A DNA stretch of 60,073 nucleotides, filler included, from Sphacelaria rigidula (taxonomy: Eukaryota): the NCBI GenBank assembly GCA_964200075.2. It is 6 parts of 6 records of this genome, joined end to end, with 100 filler letters (N's around TTAATTAATTAA, not from the genome) between each part and the next. Parts side by side here need not be neighbours in the genome. Positions count along the whole stretch, not along the records: positions 20,060 to 29,988 come from CAXNAA020007471.1; positions 30,089 to 40,017 come from CAXNAA020007472.1; 4 more parts are not named here. One strand, written 5' to 3'. Within the stretch, counting starts at the first letter, position 1, and the number at the start of each line of letters is the position of its first letter. Positions 23,646 through 35,738 of this stretch are shown here, in pieces. A program made the position numbers and the translations under genes. Below the pieces are notes generated by a model, which ran no database searches, was not told the DNA's origin, and saw only the letters and a list, made by a program, of their open reading frames with translations.

Positions 23646-24146
23646 CTGTCTCATTGGTGTTTTATATGTGGCCTTGTCCACGTAGTCCTGCTAAGCCGCA
23701 TAAAACTCTCGCATGCGATCTTCTTCATCACCCACCAGCCTGTCTGCCTCGTAGATGCGACTGCTGCGCTCCGCTAACCGCGGGTGCCCCTGAAGGAACA
23801 AGTCGAGAGCCATTTTCGGCCTGGGCTCACTGCCGGGTCCCATGGCACCGGTCGGCTATTGCCGCAGAGTGCCATAACCGCATGTTTCAGGTCATGCCTA
23901 TTCGGGCCCAGTTGACGAGCTGCAGCGAATTTCAGAATATCTTCGATGGGATTTTCTCCCGCCGTCGACAGTACGGTGCCTAGGCCAACCCCGCCAACTA
24001 TGCCTACGCTACCACTGACAAGCTTCTGCAGCGAACCAACGGAGATTCGACAAGATGTTTGCAGCAGCACAGAAGGTCATGCAACCGCTGCATACCGCTT
24101 CCACGACCTCTGCCACACGTTCCGGGTCCACCCTTGATCTCTGCAT
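23646..24146 (-). pseudogene. pogo/Tc5-family transposase relic, exon 1 (psq-like HTH, CENP-B/Tc5 HTH, up to NETG)
   Basis: MQRSRVDPERVAEVVEAVCSGCMTFCAAA / ISVGSLQKLVSG..GTVLSTAGENPIEDILKFAAARQLG..RPVPW..PGRKW / FLQGHPRLAERSSRIYE..MREFY..NETG, with frameshifts. Confidence 0.8.
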
Positions 24147-25407
24147 GCTTAGCAGCCGATCGACCAAAAATCTAATAGTGGAGGAAGGCACCCAAGCGCT
24201 CATGCACAGCGCTGTGGGTAATGGTTTTTGACGCTACAGGCATATACAGTAGCTCAAACGAAGCGCCGTGCTTTTGTGCCCACGCAGCATGGAACAGAAT
24301 GGAAACCGAACAGTATTTTGCGAAGTCAAGGACGATTTTGAAGGTAAAAACTTGTTTCTTAATTGGTACTGTATCTTAATGGGGACATCTACCTCTATAG
24401 GCATACCTTTCATGTCCCGGCGGTGAAGTGATATCTCTCCCCGTCCCCACAAGGACATGGTCTTTCGTACGCCACTGGCCAAAATGCCAGAAAACACTCC
24501 TCCTGGGCGTTTTTGAGCAGGGATAAAACGATCCAACCCGTGCTCAGGTGAGGGGTCATCGTTAACCAATAGGATAGAGCTTGAGCGTTCCATTGAAACC
24601 CTTGCGATTCTTACAGGCATCGTCTTTCGTACGTACGTGCCGGAACGTTAAATAATACCTTCGTTGACAATGTATGGGCAGGAGATGAGTGTCACTCTAT
24701 TTCACGTATCGGAGGGTTGAAGTTCCACCGCGAGTGGATAGAGAAGAGCATACTACAATCGCTCCAGGGGCATCCGTCTGCGTGCGCTCCTCGCCAAAAC
24801 TTCACGCAGCACAACACCCCGTAAGCAGTGCTTAGGAGTAGTGGGTGCGGGGGGGGGGTTATAAAACAGCTCCATCCCCTGAGTTGGACCAGATGGGCTC
24901 GTGGAACACGAGGTGTTCAGTGTAGGCGGTTTCGTGATGCGTCTCTCGTCTCCAAAGGCATCGCCGCTCGTATGTTACAGCGAAAACGGTTGATACCACC
25001 CCTGTGGGAACATGGATAGGGGAAGATGTGCTGATTTTGTCTCCGGTGGGAGAGTTTCTCCGTTTTTTTCCCGCTCATGACTACTATCAAAACGGTTCAT
25101 TGATCCGATGATACCTCCGTTATGTTCAGGGCCATTGACATTGGTCTACAATAGTATAAAACGGTAGATAACAGCCCCCATCGATACAGTAGATGTCACT
25201 CGTCGGGAATAGCCGTTTCCCCTCCCCTGCCGTAACATCCACTCCCAGGCTAAATCCAGCATGCCTCGGCAACTTTCGCGGGTGACTATCCTGAACACCC
25301 GAGAAATCCGTACCCTCTTTCGCCCCGCAAATACATCGGCCTATTTTTTCGCTCGTTTTGCCCCTTAATCCCACCGACGCGATAACACCCCCATACAACA
25401 ATAACAG

Positions 25408-27357
25408 GAACTGCTGGCAAACGTTGCGACAAAAGGAACTTCTAGGCTTAGAGAAGCCTGTGTAAACGCAGAGACGTTCTCGTGCACGGACTTACCCGAA
25501 TACCATTCTGCGAAGCAAGCACTGGAGCGCGTGTGGGTATCCCAGCTAGAAGTGCATGCAAGGCGCGTGCTTAATACGCACGGCTTCGTACCCGACCCCA
25601 GCTGCAATGTGCGCCTGGATCCCCTGGGTGGGGGCGCGACGCTACTGCTGGATTGTCCGAAGGAGTATTTCTACAGCAACAACGACAGTGGTGGACGAAG
25701 GAGCAGTCCGCGCTATATACAGAACGGCGACTCCACCAAGCAGGCCGGAGCTGTCTATGACGCTGCGGATACGGAGGCAACGGGGTTGGGGTCGGAGCAG
25801 TTGTCTGCAACTTGCCCTCCAGTGGCTAGGACGCTCGGACTGGGTCAAAATGTGGACGGGGGTGTGCTCGCGCCGTTAGAAGGTGGCGGTGGCGGAGGGA
25901 ATCCTTACAGAGGTGCCGGTGCTGATGACGTTTTAGCTGGAAACCGAGACGACGGCGGCAGCGGTGGCTTCGGTGGAGGTGTGGGGATGTGGAATGGAGT
26001 GGTCGGTAACACGACAACTCGGCGCGACAATCAAATGGTACAACGAGCGAATGGGAGAGAGCCGCACGGGGGCGGAAGTATGATGCAGCCGTTTCACAGT
26101 GATCAACGGGCCTTGGTTATGGGCTTGCGGAGCGCTGTTCTCCGCGAGTTCTCGTCGTACGTAACCGAGCAGGAGACGGCGCACCAGAAGGCGTGCGACG
26201 AGGACCGGCGGGCGCTTGAAAAACGAGAAGAGAAAAACCTGCACCACCGGGAGTATATCGCACAGCTGGATGCCCGCAATGAACAGGAAGAACGTCGGCT
26301 TCGCATGGAGGAAGAAAGATTGAGGGCTGAGGACGCGGAGCGTGAGCAGCGTAAAGAGCAAAACACACGCCGCCAGCAGGCCTACCGGCGCGCTGAGCTC
26401 TGGGCCGCCGACGGGGAATTTTTCCATCTGTTGGCGCTTGGAGATCTTCTGATCGCAGCGTGCACAATCGCGTGGCGCGGCGGCTTCAGCTTAAACCCGG
26501 CATCTCTGTTGTCCGGCGTGTGGGGCCTTGTGGTCGCCGACTGCCGCGAGGAATTCTCCGGTTCTGTGGCTCGAGCAACCGCCGACTCGACAATATCGAC
26601 GGCGATCTCCACGTATGCGGCGGCAAACGCGGCGATTTCTGCCGCTGCTGCATCAACCGCCGCCGCCGCTTCCGGCTGCTCGTTGCCCTCAGGCAACGAG
26701 TACGACCCGATGGGAAACGGTGGGACGACACAGGGGGGACTGTGTGCGACGGCGGGAGGTGAGATGAGCATTTTGCCCGAGGATGCTGGCGGCAGCGGAA
26801 CAAGCCCTGCAACCGCCGCGCTGTGGTGGGCGTGGTCGACGGTGGCCTCGTACGCGGGGGCGGCAGTGCACGCGGGCTACTCCACCTCCGGGTGGGTTCT
26901 CGGGCAAACACTGAGTTTGGTGAGCCCTGATGTAAAGTGCGAGATTAAGGCGTGCCTTTCGACGGCGGCATGGCTCTTTTCATTGTGGGTGGCACTCAGG
27001 TTGGCGGGATCTCTGGGGGCCGATGGGCGCGGTCCAGCGGCAGCGGTAACGCGTCTGATCGTACTGGCGAGCTGGGTGTGGGGAAAATTTCACGCGCAGT
27101 TGATCGAGGCGACCCATGAGATTTTTCTGCCAGCGGTGGCTGCACCCCTGCTAGTCCTTGCGTATGCCCCCTTCCTGCGGTACGTCGAACGTCATCTTAA
27201 GCCCGCCGGTGTTTGGTGGTGGCGTGGATGGGATGTGCGCCCGATTGTGTCGCGGGTTGGACCAACGGTGGTCACTGCGTTCGTCGCCGTGTCTCTGGGG
27301 TTGCAGGCAGGGTGTGGAGCCGGTAGTAGGTCGAAGGAGTGGTGGTGTGTGATGTGA
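25408..27357 (+). CDS. Large terminal exon (649 codons) of a hypothetical protein: Gly-rich linker, E/R coiled coil, several hydrophobic segments
   Basis: ataacag acceptor at 25407 in frame with ORF 25531-27357; stop-free 1.95 kb; upstream exons not resolved. Confidence 0.8.
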   Translation, partial: ELLANVATKGTSRLREACVNAETFSCTDLPEYHSAKQALERVWVSQLEVHARRVLNTHGFVPDPSCNVRLDPLGGGATLLLDCPKEYFYSNNDSGGRRSSPRYIQNGDSTKQAGAVYDAADTEATGLGSEQLSATCPPVARTLGLGQNVDGGVLAPLEGGGGGGNPYRGAGADDVLAGNRDDGGSGGFGGGVGMWNGVVGNTTTRRDNQMVQRANGREPHGGGSMMQPFHSDQRALVMGLRSAVLREFSSYVTEQETAHQKACDEDRRALEKREEKNLHHREYIAQLDARNEQEERRLRMEEERLRAEDAEREQRKEQNTRRQQAYRRAELWAADGEFFHLLALGDLLIAACTIAWRGGFSLNPASLLSGVWGLVVADCREEFSGSVARATADSTISTAISTYAAANAAISAAAASTAAAASGCSLPSGNEYDPMGNGGTTQGGLCATAGGEMSILPEDAGGSGTSPATAALWWAWSTVASYAGAAVHAGYSTSGWVLGQTLSLVSPDVKCEIKACLSTAAWLFSLWVALRLAGSLGADGRGPAAAVTRLIVLASWVWGKFHAQLIEATHEIFLPAVAAPLLVLAYAPFLRYVERHLKPAGVWWWRGWDVRPIVSRVGPTVVTAFVAVSLGLQAGCGAGSRSKEWWCVM

Positions 27358-29988
27358 GCAGGAGCGGGGTTGGCGAGGCGGGTTTCCGTGAGTTGGGTAG
27401 AATTTGACGTGGTGTGTGCATTTTCATTTTTTTGTTTGTATTCGTGTTTTATATTCAAGTTGGTAGGTGGAGTAGGCGGGCGATGTGATTGTAGTGGGTG
27501 TGCACGTTTGGTTGTGAAGTGTGTGATGTAGGAACGAAGTGTATTTTGTGCGGGGGCTTCTGCAGTTCAAACGATTTTTCGTTTTATAAGGAGAGATTTC
27601 ATTTATTTATTTCGCAACTGTTGTGTTGGGGTGTTGGCGCGACTTTAAACGCCACTGGTGCGTGTGTAGTTGCGATGGTGAGTTTACCAAGCGAACACGG
27701 AAGTATACGCTACGGAAACATAAGGATACTCTAACTTTCATGAGTACACTGGGCTACTATTGGTCTGTCTTACCTTTGAAGTATTTCTGGTCAACGAAGC
27801 TCCGCGGACGACGACGTTGCTAGCTTGGTTTTCCATAATCCAGATTTGTTTGCGTTTGCTGTAGATTGGGAAAGGAAAGCAGTGCATGACGCCGTTGGTG
27901 TATGGGTGCGTTCATTTTTTTGTCTTGTTTCAATAAGTTATGCCCTTGCGGCCGCGAGTAGTTGCTCAGCAGAGTGAACAGACAAGTTGAATCAACAGGC
28001 GGAGCGTCATGATGACTGTACAGTACACCAAATCAATTCGGGTGTGTGTGGATGCCGTGTTATTTTTGTTGCGCTGTCAACATATGTCACGTACGCACAC
28101 ACACGAAATGTTTCGTGTTTACAGTATTTTCGTCCCGTAGTAGACTTTGTCCCAGGTTCCGCTGGGTTGCACCTTGTGTCAGAAATACAGTTTCGTAGTA
28201 CATGAAGTCTGCGCCGCATGATTCCTGCTTGGTCAGATTATTCATTTGATGCTCATTTCCTGCACCTTGAGACACAGAATCCCACAACGACAAGCGGGAA
28301 ATAGTGCACTCACGAATCAATATCATTCATCCTTGTCCCAACGCTTCGTCCCTCAACTGCCGCTGCTGGCGTGGTGGAAACCCCTCCCTTGGTAAATTTC
28401 TGAACACATCTTCCCCACCTCATCCATAACTTACGGAACAATAATAGGATTTAGCTGGAAAAATCCTCGAAGTCCTACATAGCCATACCTGACCGTATTT
28501 TGCAACAAATATTTGGAAAACTGTCGCGCAACTGGCAAAACCCTGTGCTAAAATGGCAGCACATGATGAAGTGAAAGTTTCTCATTCACATCTAATTCGT
28601 CCTCGTCGCTCGAAGCTTCCCATTCTTTTGAGAGGGGCTGCTCATATTGATGCCACCTCCTCGCTCGGGTCCGTTTATCCCATCTGTTTGCCTTCGTGAA
28701 TGAACTCCACCTGTAACAACCTTTCCGTGGAGTCCGCGCATGTATGAGCGTAATGAACACTCGATTACACATGTAAGCCGGAGAAACAGTTTCAGCAACG
28801 GGGTCCACCAGTGACACACATGAGTGAACACGAAACGTCCAAACCTGTGAAACTGGATCTTGGGCAACCTAGGCACACAAAATTTCCGGTACAAGAGCCC
28901 GAAACAACGGGGCCACTACATGGACTCTGGTAAAACGTAGCTGGTACTACCGTACCACCTCGTTCACTTCTCCTTGCCTACCATCGGTCACGGCCGAATC
29001 CTTGCCTAAATGACAAGAGAGGGAAATACGCCTCGCTCTGGAGATCGTTCGGCAGCAGCGAACGACAACGTTCTTCTTCGGGACCCGTAACTCTACTGTC
29101 TCATCCCTGGCGAAGACTAGTTAACAGTGGCGTCAGCGAAGATATTTGAACCTAGGCGTGCAGATAATTTATATTTGAGAGTGCAGAGCACACTTGCTTA
29201 CCGATGGCGACATCATCCGAAACAAACGGAACCGAAGAACGCTTCAGCAGGTGAAACGTATGGGTCATGTATGTGCGCGCCGTTATTCGAGTTGAGAGGT
29301 TTGTAGGAGTCAGCGAAACGCGAAATTAGCCTTCAGAGTTCATTATATGTCACCAGCAGGGCTAGTCAAAGAGTCGAGTCGCTCTTGCCGACCCACCTTC
29401 CACCACCATAGTGCAAGAGGTACGACACTCAGTCAAGCAGACCGACCTCTGGAAGCGCGGTTACTCGAAATCGCACCAACAGAACTCTACGTAACCTGCG
29501 AATTCACCAACTTGTCATTTCCTACCATTTAGCAAGCGAAAGAAGAGGGTGCATTGGACGGTCGTACTGAATATCAGCTCACAAGTTGAGGGGAGGGTAA
29601 CGGCAGATAATTCATTCCTTCACGTCTCAGAGTGCATGCTATGGAAGAAAAGTACCAACCCTCTGATGAATAATATATTGGAGGAGCCGGTGTTCTAGTC
29701 AGTACAGTAACTCCTCCGGTGAGGCACCAAAACAGCCCCCAGTTGTGACGTGAAGGTACAGAATAGGATAAAGCATACGCTAAACAAGAGCAGCACAGGT
29801 CGAAAGAAAAAGGAGTGCGGGCAAGGGGCAGTCGTGAAACAAATCGGGACACGTGGGCCCCAAGATCGAACATACGAGTTTTTGAGGGGGGGGGGGGGGG
29901 GGGGGGCACCCAAGCGGGTTATCCTGTGTTTTTTTTCGGGGGGTGGGGGGGGGGGGGGCGGCCCCGGCAGAAGGCGATATTTTTTTTT

Positions 29989-30088
29989 NNNNNNNNNNNN
30001 NNNNNNNNNNNNNNNNNNNNNNNNNNNNNNNNTTAATTAATTAANNNNNNNNNNNNNNNNNNNNNNNNNNNNNNNNNNNNNNNNNNNN
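29989..30088. other. Artificial contig linker
   Basis: 44N-TTAATTAATTAA-44N. Confidence 0.98.
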
Positions 30089-30138
30089 GTCGTGTGTGCA
30101 TAGGGGGGCGCCCGGGGGGGGGGGGGGGCGGGGCTCCG

Positions 30139-30176
<38 letters not shown>

Positions 30177-31574
30177 GGAGGGTGTTCTTTGGCTTGATGA
30201 TTTGTCATCCTATGTCAAATGTTCCGCACCTACAGTTTGAGAATAAGGGCGCTAGTTGGACTTATCGGCGATCCGAAACGAGCGCTGACGTAGTGGAGGA
30301 TGACACCGTCGGTGCTGTATGCCACAGAAGCCTCCCCGCCTCTCAAAATACGTTTAGATCATTGTTTTTCTCGAACGGGCATTTTCATGTTCGGACTGTG
30401 TAAAGGGGGTGGATAGACGGCGAGTAGGTTGTGCCTCCGATTGGAACGGGGTGGGAAAATAAGACAAGTAAGATGTGAGTTCTGTCTTGCCAAATGCCGG
30501 TGGTAGGACAAGCTTACGCACACGCTACAGATCGAGTTTTGCAACAACATTGAGTTTTTGGCCGATTTCTACCCTCGCGTCACGTGGAGAATTATGCAGT
30601 CTCATCCGGGTAGCACTAATTCCGCGACGATCGCGCTCAACGTTTCTGGAGACAAGCACAGCAGCATAGACCGTTCCAGAACCTGTTCAAACGGGACACG
30701 TTGAGGCCGATGTCGTCGGTTATCTTCTGTTCGGTTTCGCATTACAGCGTGTGACATCTTGCTTGCGCGAATCCCCACCGTGACGCGACGAAGATAATTT
30801 TTGACGCAAAGTCCGATTCGTTGAAATAGTATCGAGTACTTGCAATATATTAGTGTGCGTGTCGTGTGTGTGATCCCGCATCAAATAGAGCCTCCTCAAC
30901 CTGGCAATGCCCCGCACAGCGCTACCGCGTCCCGGTGGTGAAAATTACACTGGGTTCAAATGGAACCCGTGACGTCTGCAGAATGTGGGTTTGATTTCCG
31001 GCAGAACCAGCTGGTATGTGTTTGTATGTCAAGGGATATACACGTTACACACGTGATACACTTGAAGAAAAGTAAGTTTGGATCATTTAACGCTACTTGA
31101 GGTTTGATTTTTTGGAGGGGAAAAATGTAACGTGTGGTCCTCATAGCAGTGTCTCTTGGATTTCTCCAGATTTAAAAAAGGCTGTTTTGTGAGTTTGACG
31201 TTTTGTGTCACGTTACAAATTCACAAAAACAAGCAGAGTTTTCGTTACGTTTCTGAGAGGAGGGAGATATTGTGACGGGTAAACGAGTGTAAGGTCACGA
31301 CCTCCCTCTTCAATGATTCGAACTTGAGATTTATTGTTGTCCATCAACCAGATGCCTGTAACTTGTTTGACCCGTTAGAATACAGCAAATATGCAGAATC
31401 CTCCTCCTCCCCCCTCCCCCTCGACTTCCTGTACTTTTTGCCTTCAACCATGGCTGATGTTGTGTCCTGGAAGGATTGCAGGAGTGCAATGTTCGGCTCG
31501 AAACTGTTTCGCTTTTTTTTATCATTATTCTGTGTTTGTCCTCTTCTGTCTAATGTGGTGCCGAGATGGATGTT

Positions 31575-31832
31575 GAGTCATGCCACGGTAGGGTTCCACA
31601 ACATATTTCTCGGATTTGGATTGTTAGGAGCCCTTGATCTCATCCGTGAACAACTGGAGGAAGTATGTGAGCGCACACCACGACTAGCATTCCAATATGC
31701 TGGGGATATATCTAAGTAATTTTTAAAAGGGGGATATCCTGACCCATATTTTCTTTGTAGCTCGCGACTTTTGGAACTACTCAGTCAGAAACATCTCGGC
31801 CCGAATGTGCAACCCCTACCGTGGCATCACTG
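31575..31832. mobile_element. MITE, same TIR family as 10206-10459
   Basis: gagtcatgccacggtagggttccac ... gtgcaacccctaccgtggcatcactg. Confidence 0.6.
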
Positions 31833-31849
31833 GTGTTCATTGTTTCCAG

Positions 31850-32009
31850 GAGCGACTATTCCTGTTCCGCGAGCTTATTTGCAAAGACGTGGACTGGACG
31901 GGCCTTGGCATTCTAGCGTACAAGTGCTTCAACACGCTGTTTTCCAATATCTTGGCCGAGACGGTCGTGACGGGAAGGGCGACTGCGGGAACGGGGTCTG
32001 GGAGTGCAG
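31850..32009 (+). CDS. USP9X/USP24/USP34-like deubiquitinase, exon (ERLFLFRELICKDVDWTGLGILAYKCFNTLF..); 3' end uncertain
   Basis: tttccag acceptor; donor either A|GTGCAG or G|GCACGT, both phase 1. Confidence 0.65.
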
Positions 32010-32548
32010 GCACGTCGGTCCCCGGGCTGCGTCTTGTTCCTTGGTTCGCGTATGTGTGTCTGTGTCATGTTTTTGTGTGTATCCGCAATCTCAACGCTAA
32101 ACTGCGGTGGGTGAAATAGTGTGAGATGGAATGCGGTGTGGCCAGCACAGGGGTTTTAAACCTTCATGTCTTCGCGCGGCGTCTTTTGACTGTAGTCTCG
32201 GGGTCCCACACTCTGCCGAGTCATGTATAAGCTGATTTTTCGTCAGTGCCTGTTGCTGGATACTTTGCTGACGATGTCGCGTGACGGCGGTGGTCACTGT
32301 TGAAGGTATGACTATCTGCACCGCTGAGAACATAAGACGACAAAATATTTTTCTTCGTCAGGATATATTCAAGAGCAGTTCATGATCGTACACACAACAT
32401 AAAAAGTCGGACGCGCGGAATGCCCGTGCTTTATCTCCCGTTCCTCCTTGTCTCCGTCTCGAAAGGGGTGCGTGGTCAATGGCCGAACGGCTAAAGACAA
32501 GCGACAAATGAGTACGCCCCCTCCCGTCTATCCTCTCGTCCGCGCCAG

Positions 32549-32796
32549 CTCAACTGCCGCTGCCACAGCCGCCCGTCACAGAAGGTATGGCCATGGAGGG
32601 TACGGGATCCACACATGCTCTTCCTCCCTCACCGCCGAGCAACTCGGAAGGTGGGGCCCTCGCACCATCCGCACCGCCCATGGTGGCTGCCGAAGAAGTG
32701 GATTTGATGGAGCTCGGAACGGAAACGCTATGGCGCGTCACGTTGACCTCACTGAACGCGAAGGTGGCCGACCTTGCTACCCAGGATCTTCTCGAG
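32549..32796 (+). CDS. USP9X/24/34-like exon (..LGTETLWRVTLTSLNAKVADLATQDLLE)
   Basis: GAG|GTGCGT donor; matches the family's G(L)xxLWxV...A..A..LL motif; acceptor could be slightly downstream. Confidence 0.75.
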
Positions 32797-33633
32797 GTGC
32801 GTCGAGCAGGGTGTGTGTGTTGGGAGGAGGGAGGGGGCAGCGGCGGGCACGTGCGGAGAGATGAGAGAAAGTGTTCGGACTTGTGTTTGACGATGAATCC
32901 TGGAGGAACTGCATCAGCGAATGTTGGAAAGGATACCGCCCCTTGTTTTGTGTGTGTTGAGCGAAGCACCCCCGCCTGCTTGACTTGTCATGGGTCGTGA
33001 AAGATGATGTCATTCTCCTTAACGGAATAGTGATATCTAATTCATTATTTTGTCATCAATTTCATCAGGGCTGGTTATTCTTTTTTTCCCCCCTTTTCTT
33101 TCCGTTTTATTCAGAATTGTGGTGTTTTACCCTTGTTTTTTTTGTCACTTAGCTCCGTTTTTTTTTTATCGCCTCTCTATTTTTCTTCTCCTTCCCCAAG
33201 TTTTGCGAGTGTTTCCTGGTTGTACACACCTTGTGCACGTCCATGTTGTGACACGGCTGGACCCCTCGGGGATCAGCTAATGTCATTATGCAACAGCCAA
33301 CCAATCAAGTCAATCAACGATTGGATTGTCATACGTGAACATTAACTGATCCGCCACGAAACCAGCCGTGATGACACTATCGACGTGTTGACCATGAACG
33401 AAACGAAACGTACAAAAAGCGTTACTTTTTTTTTCATCTATTGATCTGGTACCGACAACTGACGTGCTCGTGCGTGCCCAGACGTTCCACGGTTGAGCCA
33501 ACATGGTACAGTACATGATGATGATTGCCGAGTCTTTGAAACCTCAATTCTCCACGGTAGCTTTGCTCTACACTACCCGCCCCGCCTCCGCTCCCCTTCG
33601 CCCTTACCCCCCTCCCTCCCGCGACAATCTCAG

Positions 33634-34749
33634 ATCTATAATTCACCCGAGATGAAGCGCAGAATCCGTGCCCCTGTTTCTAATGCGCTCGAGCGCAACC
33701 CTTCGGGCGCGAGCATGAAGAGCGTCGCGTCCTACGGCAAGATCCCGACGAGTGGAGGCACGGCGGCGACGGCGGTGGCGGCTGACCCTGTAGCAATGGC
33801 GAGCAGTAGCAACAGCAGCAAAAAGACCAGACCCGCGCCGAGCGCCGACTCGACACCCGCAGCAACGGCAATTACTGGCACTGGTGGTGCTGCGCTGGCA
33901 ATGGATTCGTCTCCCGCGTTCGCGTCGCCACCACCCGCGGTGGGACACAGTCAATCCTTCCTGGAGTCCATTTTTTTGCACCTGGCTGAAGCGAGGGAAG
34001 AGCTGGAACAACTCGCCGACAGCAAGCACAAGACTTTGACTTCGTCATCGGGAGAATCACCGGGGGTGAAACCTCCAGCAGCGGCGGCGGTGTCATGGAG
34101 TTCGGGGTCAACGGGAGCAGGCGAAGGCGCGACTGTGGCTGGCGATGCCGTCGTCGGGGATGCGGAGGAAGAAGCTATTCGCGTGCGATTACGACGCTGC
34201 CTAGGTCTCCTGCAGGGCGTGATCCGAGGGGCCTCAGGAGTCATGTCAGCCGCTCACGCGCACCGGGGGATGGGATTGCCGGGCGAAGTGTCGGTCAGGG
34301 TCGGGCCGAGGGGAGCGGGTAGCGCTGGATTGTCGTCCGCGAGCTCGGCCTTGTCTACCGCTGGAGAGGGCGTGCTGCCGCACCCGCTACCAAATAAGTA
34401 TCTTCTGGAGGTACACCCGCTGGAGACTGTTGGGTCCGTGCGGGCTAGATTGGCGGCGGCGAACGGGACGTGCGTGGATAACACGAGGATGGCTGCGAAC
34501 GGAAAGAACATCGGAACGGACGGGTGGACGTGCGAGGAGGCCGGAATTGGACACAAGGCTGTGCTAATCACGATCGTGACGCCGAACCATCACAAGTTTG
34601 GTGGCGCCGAGGCACAAGCGACGCGCGCGAACGAGGATGCGAAGCGGCGGAGGGCGGACCCAACAAGGCACGAGGGGGACGTGATCGCCATGCAGGATGG
34701 ACTGTTCGATGAGTTGTTCCGGTTGCTGGAGTGCGCGCACGGGCTCAAG
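33634..34749 (+). CDS. USP9X/24/34-like exon containing the internal ubiquitin-like domain
   Basis: tctcag acceptor, AAG|GTGCGG donor, 372 codons; RLRRCLGLL..AHAH; LEVHPLETVGSVRARLA (Ubl); LFDELFRLLE. Confidence 0.85.
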
Positions 34750-35234
34750 GTGCGGAGGAAATCGAGGCTAGTTGGCGGTGGCGGTTGTTGGGATCGTTGT
34801 GGATTGGATTCAAATCCTCTCTCCTTTTCTTTCACTTTTTTGTGCGATTCGATGTTTTTCACCGGAGAGCCGGGGGATGGGGGTGTTGCAAGGACCTTGG
34901 TAGGATGTCTAAAACGGAATCCGCAGGCAGCGTCTTCTGGCGGCGTGAGACGATGATTGCCTTGGTAATTTTTTTCGTCGTTTCAGGTGCGAAATAGTAA
35001 TAGACACGAACGGTGGGACTAGCGGTTTTATACCCAACCCAAAGCTGACAGGAAATGTAACCACCATTTTTTAGCTTCTTCCAAGGTATCTTCGCTTAGT
35101 TTTACGTTTTCCTATCCGTCATTATCTCTCGTCATTTTTCTCTGCCAGTAAACATCATGTGCCCATCCGTACACCAATCGTGGCTGCACGACAACCTCTT
35201 CCCCTGCCCCCACGTCACCACGCTTCGGAAACAG

Positions 35235-35738
35235 GATCACGCCACGACCAAGGCCGTGCTAGACCTGCTTATGTCGCTGCCAACCCAGTGCAAGCTGCTA
35301 CGTCGCGTCCAGCAGACAGGCCTCGCTGCCGCCAACGCCGCCACCGCTTCCCCGGACCCTAGCACAGCCGCCGCCGGGTCGTCAGCGATGGATGAAGAGG
35401 AGAGCACGGAGGAACAATCGCCCCGAGCAATGGAAACGAAAATTTCGGAGGCATTTATGGCGACCCGCGCTAGTTGTAATGACGGGGGCTCGGAGGTGTC
35501 AGCGGCGCCGGGATCGGGGTCACCGCCGGCGGTGGTGCCGGCGTCGGAGGCCGGGGTGAACGTCGAAGCGGAGGGAGCCGAGTGGATGTTGGTGAGCAGA
35601 GGGAGTGGAACACGCGGGGCGGGTGGTGCTGTCGTTGACACGGCGAAGCAGTGGGAGGAGCTGCTGCCCCTTGGGTGCAACTGGCACAAGACGGTGTACA
35701 CGCTGCAGATCGTGGACGCTCTTTTGCTTCCGGCCCCT
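35235..35738 (+). CDS. USP9X/24/34-like exon (VLDLLMSLPT...WEELL..KTVYTLQIVDALLLP)
   Basis: aaacag acceptor, CCT|GTGAGT donor, 168 codons; LLxxLPT and YxL(Q/E)IVxxLLxP motifs. Confidence 0.85.

Noticed and set aside
20775..24146. Stop-codon reassignment explaining in-frame TAA/TAG/TGA in the transposase
   Set aside because: All three stop types plus frameshifts occur, while host exons are stop-free; ordinary pseudogene decay.
30236..30316. Additional upstream USP exon (FENKGASWTYRRSETSADVVEDDTVGA)
   Set aside because: Acceptor plausible but donor and family motif not convincing.
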